The notes below the pieces were generated by a model that was not told the DNA's origin, made no database searches, and was given only the letters and a program-made list of their open reading frames with translations. Of a stretch of 60,655 bases of DNA, positions 1 through 8,537 are shown piece after piece; within the stretch, counting starts at the first letter, position 1, and each line of letters begins with the position of its first letter. This DNA is from Myxococcota bacterium (GTDB taxonomy: Bacteria > Myxococcota_A > Polyangia > Polyangiales > Sandaracinaceae): positions 1-60,655 of the forward strand of contig JAYZQJ010000215.1 of the NCBI GenBank assembly GCA_036149055.1, in the 5' to 3' direction. The position numbers and the translations under genes are program-made.

Positions 1-18
1 GCTCGCGCTTCGCGCTCG

Positions 19-102
19 CTGGCCGCCCGCTGCCGCGGGATCGAACGGGTGGGGTGGTGCGTGCGGCGACCTCGCTGCGCTCGTCGCCTGCCGTCGTCTC
101 GG
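19..102 (-). repeat. Dispersed palindromic repeat, family A, copy 1
   Basis: Reverse complement aligns with 34777-34862 and 60581-60655. Shared blocks are ACGGCAGGCGACGAGCGCAGCGAAGTCGCCGCACGC and GTTCGATCCCGCGGCAGCGGGCGGCCA. Confidence 0.9.
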
Positions 103-108
103 ACGGTC

Positions 109-223
109 GTCGTGGAAGCGAGCTGCGGGGACGATCTTCCCCATCCCCATCGCGGCGATGGCGTCGTGGAAGCGAGCTGCGGGGACGATCTTCTCCATCC
201 CCATCGCGGCGATGGGGATGGAG
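109..223. repeat. 54-bp tandem duplication ending in a perfect 15-bp hairpin
   Basis: GTCGTGGAAGCGAGCTGCGGGGACGATCTT starts at 109 and 163. CTCCATCCCCATCGC (193-207) pairs with GCGATGGGGATGGAG (209-223). Confidence 0.85.
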
Positions 224-241
224 TCGATCGTGCCCTCGCGA

Positions 242-445
242 TCACTCGTTCATCAGGAACGTGACCTTCATGCTCACGCGGTAGGTCAGCGTGCCGTCGC
301 TCCCGACCTCGACCTGCTGATCTTTCAGCCAGGCGCCCTTCACTCCGTCGAGCGTCTTGCGGGCGCGATCGACGCCGTGGCGGATCGCGTCGTCGAAGCC
401 TTTGTTCGACTCGGCGGAGATTTCTACGATCTTGGCTACCGTCAT
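242..445 (-). CDS. Dodecin family flavin-binding protein
   Basis: 67 aa, MTVAKIVEISAESNKGFDDAIRHGVDRARKTL...YRVSMKVTF, the typical dodecin pattern. GGAGG RBS upstream. Confidence 0.85.
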   Translation of the reverse strand: MTVAKIVEISAESNKGFDDAIRHGVDRARKTLDGVKGAWLKDQQVEVGSDGTLTYRVSMKVTFLMNE

Positions 446-532
446 GTTCTTCCCTCCCTGGGTGACGTGGGACGGACGACGTACGCGCGTGGGGAGGCGT
501 GCCAAGGGACCCCGTCTCGGGAGGGTCCGGAG

Positions 533-829
533 TCAATCGGAGGTGACGACCTCGCGGGTCTCGCGCAGCTCCGCGAGGTCCTCCTCGGCGTCCTCGCCGG
601 TCCGCGCGAGGTCCTCGCGCGCCTCGGCCACGTCGTCGACGCGGTCCTGGGCTTCGTCGCCTCGAATGGACTCGACGAGCTCGTCGGCGCCGGCGGCCTC
701 GGCCCGCGCCTCGGCGCGATCCTCCTCGGCTTCGGCGTAAGGGTCGACTCGACGCTCGGCTTCGCTCTCGCACCCCGCCCAGAGGGAGGTGACGAGCGCG
801 AGGGTGGGGATCCAGCTTCGTAGGGTCAT
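533..829 (-). CDS. Small acidic lipoprotein, hypothetical
   Basis: MTLRSWIPTLALVTSLWAGC lipobox followed by an E/D/A-rich helical region. It is the C-terminal part of the 533..3637 shadow ORF. Confidence 0.7.
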   Translation of the reverse strand: MTLRSWIPTLALVTSLWAGCESEAERRVDPYAEAEEDRAEARAEAAGADELVESIRGDEAQDRVDDVAEAREDLARTGEDAEEDLAELRETREVVTSD

Positions 830-855
830 GCCTCGATCGCTAGACGCGCTCGATC

Positions 856-3800
856 TCAATGGAAGTCGTGGCTCTTGGCAGAGCCGGCGCCGGGCACGTC
901 GCGCACCGGGACGAGGCGGCGCGCTTTGATGTTGATCGCGCCCTGGTGACGCTGCAGCTCGCCCTCGATCATCAGCACCGGGAACTGGGTGAGCACCTTC
1001 CGCTGCGCCGCGGCGAGCTGCGGGCTGACCACGCAGTTGACCATGCCGGTCTCGTCCTCGAGCGAGACGAAGACGAAGCCCTTCGCGGTCATCGGCGCCT
1101 GGCGGCTGTTCACGAGGCCGGCGACGCGCACCGGCCCCGGCCGCCGCTCCGGCAGCGCGCCCGCCTTCACCACCCCGAGCGGCTCGAGCCGCGGCCGCAG
1201 GAGCTCCATCGGGTGCCGCCCGGTGCTCGCGCCGAAGCTCGCGTACTCGTCGATGACGACCTCGCCTTCGGTGAGCGCGGGGAGCGGCGGGGGCGGCCCG
1301 GGCGGCGCCGGGCGATCGAGCGGCCCGGCGCGGCGGCGGCTCAGGCGGAGCACCTCCCAGAGCGCGCGCCTCCGGTCGCCGGCGAAGACGTCGAACGCGC
1401 CGCTCCGGGCCAGCGACTTCAGCGCGCGCGGCGAGAGCTGCGCGGCCTCGACGAACGCCTCGAGCGCGTCGAGCCCGTCGCGTCGCCGCGCCGCCTCCTT
1501 CGCCGCCGCGAGCGCCGCCTCGGACGCGTCGCCGATCCCGTGCACGAGAGACAGCCCGAAGCGCACCGCGAAGGGATGCGGCCCGCTCGACGCCGGCTCG
1601 AGCGTGCACGCCCACTCGCTCTCGAGGGCGTGCGGCCCGCGCACCTCCACCCCGCGCCGCTTCGCGTCCGCCACCAGCGTGCCCACCGGGTAGAAGCCCA
1701 TCGGCTGCGCGTTCAGGATGGCCGCGTAGAGCTCGGGCGCGCGGTGCGCCTTCATCCAGGCCGACGCGTAGACGAGGAGCGCGAACGAGGCCGCGTGGCT
1801 CTCGGGGAACCCGTAGCTCGCGAACGCGGTGAGCTGCTTCACGATGCGCTGGGCCACCTCGCCGTCGATGCCGCGCTCCCGCATGCCCTCGACGAGCTGG
1901 AGCGAGAGCCGCGCCATGCGCGCCTGCGAGCGCTTGCTGCTCATCGCGCGCCGGAGCTCGTCCGCCTGCGCGGCCGAGAAGCCCGCGGCGGTGACGGCGA
2001 CCTTCATGCCCTGCTCCTGGAAGAGCGGCACCCCGAGGGTCCGCTCGAGGACCGGCTCGAGCGACGGATGCAGGTAGCTCACCGGCTCTTCGCCGCGTCG
2101 CCGCCGCATGTAGGGGTGCACCATCTCCCCCTGGATCGGGCCCGGGCGGATCAGCGCCACCTGCACCACGAGGTCGTAGAAGCGCTCCGGCCGGGTCCGC
2201 GGCAGCGTGTTCATCTGCGCGCGGGACTCGATCTGGAAGACGCCCACCGTGTCCGCCCGGCGGATCATCGCGTAGGTCTCCGGATCGTCGGGCGGCAGCT
2301 GCCCGAGGTCGATCGTCTCGTCGCGGTGCGTCCGGCAGAGGCGCAGCGCGTCGGCGAGCAGGGTGAGCATGCCGAGCCCGAGCAGATCGATCTTCACCAG
2401 CCCGAGCGGCTCGAGGTCGTCCTTGTCCCACTGGATGACGGTGCGCTCGGCCATGCTCGCCGGCTCGATCGGGACCACGCTCGAGAGGGGCTCGCCGGTG
2501 AGCACGAAGCCGCCCACGTGGATCCCGCGGTGGCGCGGCAGCCCGCTCAGGCCGCGCACGATGCGCACGAGCGCGCGGGCGGTGCCCGAGCTCGGGTCGA
2601 GGCCCGCGCGCTTCAGCCCGCCGTGCGACAGCTCGAACGCCGCGCCCTCCGCGCCGAACGCGGGGCCGTCGGTGGGGACGGAGGGGCCGACCTCCTTCGC
2701 GAGCCGATCGCCGATCTCGACCGGGAGCCCGAGCACCCGCGCCGCGTCCCGCACCGCGCTCCGGCCCCGCCAGGTCACCACCGTGCAGACCATCGCCGCG
2801 TGCTCGCGCCCGTATCGATCGTAGACGTACTGCAGGACCTTCTCGCGATCCTGGTGCGCGAGGTCGATGTCGATGTCCGGCGGCTCGTCGCGCCCCTCGC
2901 TGAGGAAGCGCTCGAAGAGCAGCCCGCAGCCGATCGGGTCGACCGCGGTGATGCCCAGGCAGTAGCAGACCGCGCTGTTGGCGGCGCTGCCGCGGCCCTG
3001 GGCGAGCACGCCCTCGAGGCCCGCGAAGCGCACGATGTCCCAGACGATCAGGAAGTAGCCGGCGAGCCCGAGCCGCCGGATCACGTCGAGCTCGTGGCGC
3101 AGCTGGGCGTGGTGGGCGTCGGTCAGCCGGGCGCCGTAGCGTCGCGCGGCGCCCTCCCGCACGAGCTCCTCGAGGCGGGCGTCCGCGTCCTCGACGTCGA
3201 AGCGGGGCAGGGACGGTCGCAGCGCGCGGAGGTCGAAGCGGCAGCGGTCGGCGATCTCGAGCGTGCGCCAGATCCCCTCGGGCGCGTCGCGGAAGGCCTT
3301 GGCCATCTCCCGGGGCGAGCGGAGGCGCCGGGCGTCGTTGGGGAAGAGCGCGTCGCCCGCCTCGGCCAGCGTCGTCTTCATGCCGAGGCACCGCAGGGTG
3401 TCGTGCACGATCTTGTCGGCGGAGGTCGCGTGCCGGACGTCGCCCGCTACCACCCAGGGCGCCCCGATCCGCCGGGCCAGGGTCAGCCGCTCGCGCGCGC
3501 GGAGCACGTCCTCGGTGAGCGCGTGGTCGGACACCTCCACGTAGAACCCGCCGCGGAAGATCTCCGAGAGCGCGCCCCCGAGCCGCTCGGCGTCGTCCGC
3601 CCGCTCGAGCGCTCCGTCCCGCCCGCCGCTGAGGCACACCAGCCCGCGGGCGCGCGCGCTCAGCGCGTCGAGGCTCACGCCGGGCTCGCCCCGCGGCCGC
3701 TCCATGCGCGCGTGGGTCACCAGCTGGCTGAGGTTGGACCAGCCCTCCGCCGACTCGCAGAGCAGCACCACCGTGCCGCCGACGTCCAGGGACAGCTCCG

Positions 3801-3990
3801 CCCCGAAGATCGGCCGCACCCCGTGCTCGGCGCAGCCCTCCATGAACCGGACCGCGCCCCCGAGGTCGTCGCGGTCCGTCAGCGCGAGGCTGGTCATGCC
3901 GAGGTCCGCCGCGCGTCGCGCGAGCGTCTCCGGCAGCGACGCCCCGTCGAGGAGCGAGAACGCGCTCCGGGCGTGAAGCTCGACGTACAT
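856..3990 (-). CDS. dnaE2: Error-prone DNA polymerase III alpha (ImuC)
   Basis: PHP N-terminus (ELHARSAFSLLDG), GRGSAANS, PPDIDID, YGFPESHAASFA and C-terminal SHDFH (SRDFH-type motif). Confidence 0.97.
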   Translation of the reverse strand: MYVELHARSAFSLLDGASLPETLARRAADLGMTSLALTDRDDLGGAVRFMEGCAEHGVRPIFGAELSLDVGGTVVLLCESAEGWSNLSQLVTHARMERPRGEPGVSLDALSARARGLVCLSGGRDGALERADDAERLGGALSEIFRGGFYVEVSDHALTEDVLRARERLTLARRIGAPWVVAGDVRHATSADKIVHDTLRCLGMKTTLAEAGDALFPNDARRLRSPREMAKAFRDAPEGIWRTLEIADRCRFDLRALRPSLPRFDVEDADARLEELVREGAARRYGARLTDAHHAQLRHELDVIRRLGLAGYFLIVWDIVRFAGLEGVLAQGRGSAANSAVCYCLGITAVDPIGCGLLFERFLSEGRDEPPDIDIDLAHQDREKVLQYVYDRYGREHAAMVCTVVTWRGRSAVRDAARVLGLPVEIGDRLAKEVGPSVPTDGPAFGAEGAAFELSHGGLKRAGLDPSSGTARALVRIVRGLSGLPRHRGIHVGGFVLTGEPLSSVVPIEPASMAERTVIQWDKDDLEPLGLVKIDLLGLGMLTLLADALRLCRTHRDETIDLGQLPPDDPETYAMIRRADTVGVFQIESRAQMNTLPRTRPERFYDLVVQVALIRPGPIQGEMVHPYMRRRRGEEPVSYLHPSLEPVLERTLGVPLFQEQGMKVAVTAAGFSAAQADELRRAMSSKRSQARMARLSLQLVEGMRERGIDGEVAQRIVKQLTAFASYGFPESHAASFALLVYASAWMKAHRAPELYAAILNAQPMGFYPVGTLVADAKRRGVEVRGPHALESEWACTLEPASSGPHPFAVRFGLSLVHGIGDASEAALAAAKEAARRRDGLDALEAFVEAAQLSPRALKSLARSGAFDVFAGDRRRALWEVLRLSRRRAGPLDRPAPPGPPPPLPALTEGEVVIDEYASFGASTGRHPMELLRPRLEPLGVVKAGALPERRPGPVRVAGLVNSRQAPMTAKGFVFVSLEDETGMVNCVVSPQLAAAQRKVLTQFPVLMIEGELQRHQGAINIKARRLVPVRDVPGAGSAKSHDFH

Positions 3991-4007
3991 CCGAGCCCCC
4001 GATCTAG

Positions 4008-4023
4008 CTGCTCACCCGTTCAG
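4008..4023. promoter_or_regulatory. Putative LexA (SOS) box upstream of dnaE2
   Basis: CTGCTCACCCGTTCAG matches the myxobacterial CTRHAMRYBYGTTCAGS consensus and lies 17 bp from the dnaE2 start. Confidence 0.75.
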
Positions 4024-4025
4024 TG

Positions 4026-4757
4026 TCATCCCCCGTGAACGAGGTCGACCACCAGCGCCTCGGCCCACGGCGATCGGTCCTCCTGCGGGGGACACAGGTC
4101 GGCCACCGCGCGCGCGGCGCGGGCGCGATCCGGCTCGGCGAGCGCGGCCTGGAGCGTGTCGGTCGTCTGCCCCCGCACGGTGGCGAAGCTGGTGAGCAGC
4201 AGGCGGTCGCCGTGGCGCGCGTCCAGCTCGGTGGGGCCGATCCATGGGTGCCCCGTGTCGGCGCCGAGCGCGCTCAGGACCACGGCCTCGAGCTCGGGAG
4301 GGAGCGCGTCGGGCCGCGCGCCGGCGGCGAGCGCGTGGGCCGCCGCCGTGTGTCCGCCGTGCACGGTCGCGAGCCGCCCGCCGCGGAGGCGGTAGAGGCG
4401 GCCGTTCCCCGCCGCGGTCAGGAGCAGCCGGCTCGGCGCGACCTCCACCGCGACCGCGTGGGCGCCCACGGACCAGCTCGCCTCCCAGGCTCGCTCCTCG
4501 TCGTCGTCCAGCGCCCGCAGGCGGGCGTCCAGCGCGCGGTGGATCGCCTCGAACGCGCGCGGCGCGAGCGGCGGCTCCGGGTCGAGCCCGGCGATCGCCT
4601 GCGCCATCGCCGCCTCCGGGGAGGGCACGGCCTCGCAGGGGATCTGACGCACCAGCATCGCGCACCGGGCGGTCACGCTCACGAGGCAGCACCGAGGCTC
4701 GCGTTCGGTGCGCAGCGCGTGGGCGCAGGCGAGCGCGAGGCGGGAGCGATACGGCAT
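4026..4757 (-). CDS. Degenerate PP2C/PPM-fold protein (start uncertain, may be further downstream)
   Basis: AGNGRLYRLRGG, GHT, VLSALG and GDRLLLTSF mirror the PP2C motifs GDSRxY, DHT, TRALG and GDxLLLCSDG, without the Asp residues. Confidence 0.55.
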   Translation of the reverse strand: MPYRSRLALACAHALRTEREPRCCLVSVTARCAMLVRQIPCEAVPSPEAAMAQAIAGLDPEPPLAPRAFEAIHRALDARLRALDDDEERAWEASWSVGAHAVAVEVAPSRLLLTAAGNGRLYRLRGGRLATVHGGHTAAAHALAAGARPDALPPELEAVVLSALGADTGHPWIGPTELDARHGDRLLLTSFATVRGQTTDTLQAALAEPDRARAARAVADLCPPQEDRSPWAEALVVDLVHGG

Positions 4758-4812
4758 CGCCCGATCGGTACCGCACCTTCAGTCTCGGAGGGAGGCGCCG
4801 ATCTGGAGGGGG

Positions 4813-6219
4813 ATGTCGGCGAAGCGACGCATCCTGCTCATCGATCCCGAAGAGGTCTCGCGCGAGGCGCTCGCGGTGAGGCTCCGGACCCTCGGCTACG
4901 ACGTGGCCACCGCGAACGACGGCGTGCAGGGCGCGCACGAGGCGCTCGAGCGGCCGCCGAGCGCGGTGATCGCGGACCTCGCGATGCCGAGCATCTCGGG
5001 CGCCCAGCTCTGTCGGCTGCTGAAGGCGGAGCCGGCGACCCAGGACGTCCCGGTGATCCTGCGGGGGGAGGAGGGGCACCGGAACCGCTTCTGGGCCGAG
5101 CAGACCGGCGCGCTCGCCTACGTGATCAAGGGGCGCATGGGCGACCTCGTCCGCGCCATGAACCGGGGCTTCGAGGGCGCGCCCGAGGAGGACGAGTTCT
5201 TCATGGCGCTCTCGTGCGACGTGAGCGTCCGGGACCGGATCGCGCAGTGCCTCGACGCGGCGCTCTTCGACTCGGTGATCGCGGCCGAGGTCCGCAAGCT
5301 CGCCGTCTGCGAGTGCTTCGACACGCTCTTCGATCTCTTCGCCCAGTTCGTCTCCCAGGTCACGACCTACCGCTGGCTCTCGGTGGTCACCGACGCGCCG
5401 GTGCGGGGCGGGGTGCACGCGCAGCCGGGGCAGTCGGCGCGCGCCCTCGAGGAGGCGATCGCGGCGCTCGGGGTGGCGCCCGAGACGCGCTTCACGCTGA
5501 TCGAGGACGAGGACCCGTCCTGCGACGGGGAGGGCCCGCCGCCGCTGGTCCGGCCGATCACCTTCGGCGACACGCGCCTCGGGGCCATCGCGCTCGCGCC
5601 GCGGGCGGCTTCGGCGCGCGAGGACGCGGCGCTGCTCGAGATCTGCGCGCGCGAGCTCGGCGGCCCGCTGCGCACCGCGACCCTGGTCGAGGAGTCGCGC
5701 CGGCTCGCCACCGTCGACGCGCTGACCGGGCTGTTCAACCGCCGCGCGTTCGTCGACGCGGCGCGCCGGGAGCTCGCCCGGGCCCAGCGTCACCGCGACC
5801 CGCTCTCGGTGCTGCTCTTCGACATCGATCACTTCAAGAGCATCAACGACGGCCAGGGCCACGCCATGGGCGACCGGGTCCTGAAGTCGGTGGGTGACCT
5901 GCTCTCGTCGCTCGCGCGCGAGTCCGACGTCTGCGCGCGCTGGGGCGGCGAGGAGTTCGTCATCCTGCTGACCTCGACCGACCTCCCCGGCGGCGCGCAG
6001 GCGGCCGAGCGGGTGCGGGCCGCGATCGAGGCGATGCGGGTCGACAACGACCGGGGCGAGCGCATCCCGGTCACCGCGAGCTTCGGCGTGGCGACGCTCG
6101 AGCCGAACGAGGAGATGGACGCGCTCGTCGATCGCGCCGATCGCGCGATGTACCTCGCCAAGACCTCCGGCCGGAACCGCGTCGAGCTCGAGCTCGCTCA
6201 CGAGAACGCCGCCGAGTAG
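4813..6219 (+). CDS. Response regulator-diguanylate cyclase (REC-GGDEF)
   Basis: N-terminal receiver (IADLAMP), DALTGLFNRR, DIDHFKSIND, RESD I-site and GGEEF. GGAGG RBS before the ATG at 4813. Confidence 0.93.
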   Translation: MSAKRRILLIDPEEVSREALAVRLRTLGYDVATANDGVQGAHEALERPPSAVIADLAMPSISGAQLCRLLKAEPATQDVPVILRGEEGHRNRFWAEQTGALAYVIKGRMGDLVRAMNRGFEGAPEEDEFFMALSCDVSVRDRIAQCLDAALFDSVIAAEVRKLAVCECFDTLFDLFAQFVSQVTTYRWLSVVTDAPVRGGVHAQPGQSARALEEAIAALGVAPETRFTLIEDEDPSCDGEGPPPLVRPITFGDTRLGAIALAPRAASAREDAALLEICARELGGPLRTATLVEESRRLATVDALTGLFNRRAFVDAARRELARAQRHRDPLSVLLFDIDHFKSINDGQGHAMGDRVLKSVGDLLSSLARESDVCARWGGEEFVILLTSTDLPGGAQAAERVRAAIEAMRVDNDRGERIPVTASFGVATLEPNEEMDALVDRADRAMYLAKTSGRNRVELELAHENAAE

Positions 6220-6227
6220 GAGGCGCC

Positions 6228-7778
6228 TCAATCGACCCAGGCGATCGCCTCCCAGCGCGGGGGCGAGCTGTCTCGGCGCTCGCGGAGGAGGACGAGGATC
6301 GGGCCCTCGAGCTCGGCCCAGGCGAGGCGCTCGACCCGGACGACGCCGTCGTCCCACCAGGGCGCGAGGGCGCGCTCCACCCGGGCGCGTCGGACCACCC
6401 GTCGCGGTCGGCCGAGGAGGTGCACGGTGTCGCCACGCATCGGCGCCGGCGGATCGTGCACGCGCCAGGGATGCGACGGCCCGCGCAGCGGCTCGCCCTG
6501 CGTCCAGGCGGCGCGGGCCACCGGGCTGGCGTGCTCGACCCGGGTGGCGCGCGCCAGCGCCTCGTCGCCGAAGCGCCCCTCGAGGCGGGCCAGCGCCACC
6601 TCGCGCGCCGCCGGATCGCGCGCCGCCTCGCCGAAGAGATCTCCGGTGCGGTCGCCGAGGGGGGCGCGCTCGAGCGCGGTGATCGCGAAGCCGGTGAGGA
6701 GGTCGCGGGCGTCGCCGTCCCCGGTCGGATCGGGCTGGGCCTCGAGACGCGCGCGCACCAGCTCGAGGAGCGTGGAGGGGTCGCCGATGGGGTGGGCGGT
6801 GCGGATGGCGTGGGTCAGCGGCGCGCCCCGCTCCCGGTCGAGCCGGAGCCTCAGCGCCGTCACCCCCTCGCCGCGCCCGACCGGCGCGCGGAGGAGCCGG
6901 GCGAGCGCGGGGCGGAGGAGGAAGAGCAGGGGCTCGAGCTGGTCCAGCTCGTCGTCGAGGGCGAGCTCGACGTGCGGCGCGTCGTCCGCGCGAGGCGTCC
7001 AGGGGATGCGCGGATCCTCGCCGGTCGCGCGCCTCCGCGCCGCCGCCACCGCCGGGCCGAGCCGCACGCCGAGGGCGACCGGGTCGAGCCGCTTCAGGGC
7101 GCCGACGTCGCGCACGCCGAGGGTGCGCAGGGTGTCGATCGCCTCGGGGTCGAGCTCGAGCGCGTCGAGCGGGGCGCGGTCGAGCGCGGCCGGCGTCCCG
7201 TGGAGCGCGCCCTCCCGGGCGGCGGCGAAGGCGAGCGCGGCCCAGGCCCCCAGGCCCACCCGCGCCTCGCCCCACGGCGCGAGCGCGTCGGCCACCGCGC
7301 GGGCCCAGCGCTCCGGCGGCTCTCCGAGCGGCGACGGCTCGGCCCAGAACCGCGCGTCCCCGGCCGGCGCCACCCGGGGGGTCAGCGCGAGCAGCGCGGC
7401 GATGACCTCTCGGCGGGCCCGCGCGAGCGCGCCGGGGTCGAGGAGGCGGCTGTCGAGGGCGGCGCAGCGCGCGCGGGCGGCGGCGAGGGTCTGGCCGGGG
7501 CGCACCCCCGCGTCGGCCGCGCGCGCGTCGCACCAGCGGACGCGGGCGCCGGTGCCGCGGCCGGCGTGCACGGCCCTCGGCACCGCATCGTCCGCGGGGG
7601 CGTCGTCCGCGAGGGCATCGCCGCCGAGGGCATCGTCCGCGAAGGCAGGGTCAGCGCGCGCGGCGCGTGCGGCCGCCGCGCCCGGATGATGGGCGGCGAT
7701 CGGGAGTGACGGGAGCAGGACGCAGGCGATCGGTGAGGACTTCGTTCGATCGCTCCGTGCTCGCTCGCTCGACATCAC
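6228..7778 (-). CDS. imuB: ImuB, inactive Y-family polymerase
   Basis: IACVLLP..., AADAGVRPGQTLAAARARC, LRTLGVRDVGAL and C-terminal ERALAPWWD. Directly downstream of imuA. Confidence 0.85.
   Translation of the reverse strand: MMSSERARSDRTKSSPIACVLLPSLPIAAHHPGAAAARAARADPAFADDALGGDALADDAPADDAVPRAVHAGRGTGARVRWCDARAADAGVRPGQTLAAARARCAALDSRLLDPGALARARREVIAALLALTPRVAPAGDARFWAEPSPLGEPPERWARAVADALAPWGEARVGLGAWAALAFAAAREGALHGTPAALDRAPLDALELDPEAIDTLRTLGVRDVGALKRLDPVALGVRLGPAVAAARRRATGEDPRIPWTPRADDAPHVELALDDELDQLEPLLFLLRPALARLLRAPVGRGEGVTALRLRLDRERGAPLTHAIRTAHPIGDPSTLLELVRARLEAQPDPTGDGDARDLLTGFAITALERAPLGDRTGDLFGEAARDPAAREVALARLEGRFGDEALARATRVEHASPVARAAWTQGEPLRGPSHPWRVHDPPAPMRGDTVHLLGRPRRVVRRARVERALAPWWDDGVVRVERLAWAELEGPILVLLRERRDSSPPRWEAIAWVD
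7585..7644. repeat. 4 x 15-bp in-frame tandem repeat in imuB
   Basis: GCATCGTCCGCGRRG-like units at 7585, 7600, 7615 and 7630, encoding FADDALGGDALADDAPADDA. Confidence 0.75.
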
Positions 7779-8397
7779 AGCTCACTTCCAGTCGTCGCTC
7801 GATCGGGACAGCTCCGGTCGGCCCGGTCACCCAGCGCACGCTCCCCGCCGCGAGGCGCACCCGGTGGCTCGGCGTCCACGGCGGCGCGTGCCCCGGCCAC
7901 TGCGTCAGCACCACCCGGGCGGCGTGGGTCCTCGCCAGGCGCTGCACCCGGAGCCCGACCCCCGGCGGCGCGGGCGGAGGCTCGAGCAGGACCGCGAGCC
8001 CGAACGCGCCGGAGCGCAGCGCGATGTCGAGCGCCGGCCACACCTCCGCGCCTCCGATCCGGGCGACCCAGATGGGGGCTCGCGCCTCCTCCGGCTCGAT
8101 CCACGCGTGGGGGAGGGCGGTGCGCGAGGGGTCCACGACGAAGACCGGCTCGGCGCGCTTGCTGACCTCCGCCGCCCAGCTCGCCGCGAGCGCGAGGCTC
8201 CCCGCGCCGGGGCTCCCCTCCACCGCCGCGCTCTCGCCCGGCCGCAGCCCGCCTCCGAGCGCCCGATCCACCGCGCTCCAGCCGCTCGGCATCGGCACCC
8301 CCTCGCGCCGCCGCCGGAGCTCCGGGTCGATCTCGGCGCCGAAGCGCTCGCGCAGGGCGGCGCGCAGGGACTCCAGGGCTCGGGCGGGCGCGGTCAT
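7651..8397 (-). CDS. imuA: ImuA, RecA-like protein
   Basis: PSGWSAVDRALGGGLRPG, degenerate Walker A (GSPGAGSL) and ALRSGAFGLAVL. Overlaps the imuB start. Confidence 0.85.
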   Translation of the reverse strand: MTAPARALESLRAALRERFGAEIDPELRRRREGVPMPSGWSAVDRALGGGLRPGESAAVEGSPGAGSLALAASWAAEVSKRAEPVFVVDPSRTALPHAWIEPEEARAPIWVARIGGAEVWPALDIALRSGAFGLAVLLEPPPAPPGVGLRVQRLARTHAARVVLTQWPGHAPPWTPSHRVRLAAGSVRWVTGPTGAVPIERRLEVSCDVERASTERSNEVLTDRLRPAPVTPDRRPSSGRGGRTRRAR

Positions 8398-8399
8398 GG

Positions 8400-8416
8400 G
8401 CTGAACAAGTGATCAG
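8400..8416 (-). promoter_or_regulatory. Putative LexA (SOS) box upstream of imuA
   Basis: Minus strand reads CTGATCACTTGTTCAGC, a 16/17 match to CTRHAMRYBYGTTCAGS, 2 bp from the imuA ATG. Confidence 0.85.
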
Positions 8417-8537
8417 CATAGGCGCCGGTCTCCGATCGATCAACGGAGATCGTCGTCGACATCGAGGTTTGCTGGACGCGGGGTGGCTCCCGAGAAGAGA
8501 GCCCCCGAACGCGGCCGTTTTTGACATACTCCGCGCC

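Noticed and set aside
485..510. TTGGCACG upstream of dodecin as a sigma54 promoter
   Set aside because: The -24 element is good but there is no GC at the -12 position.
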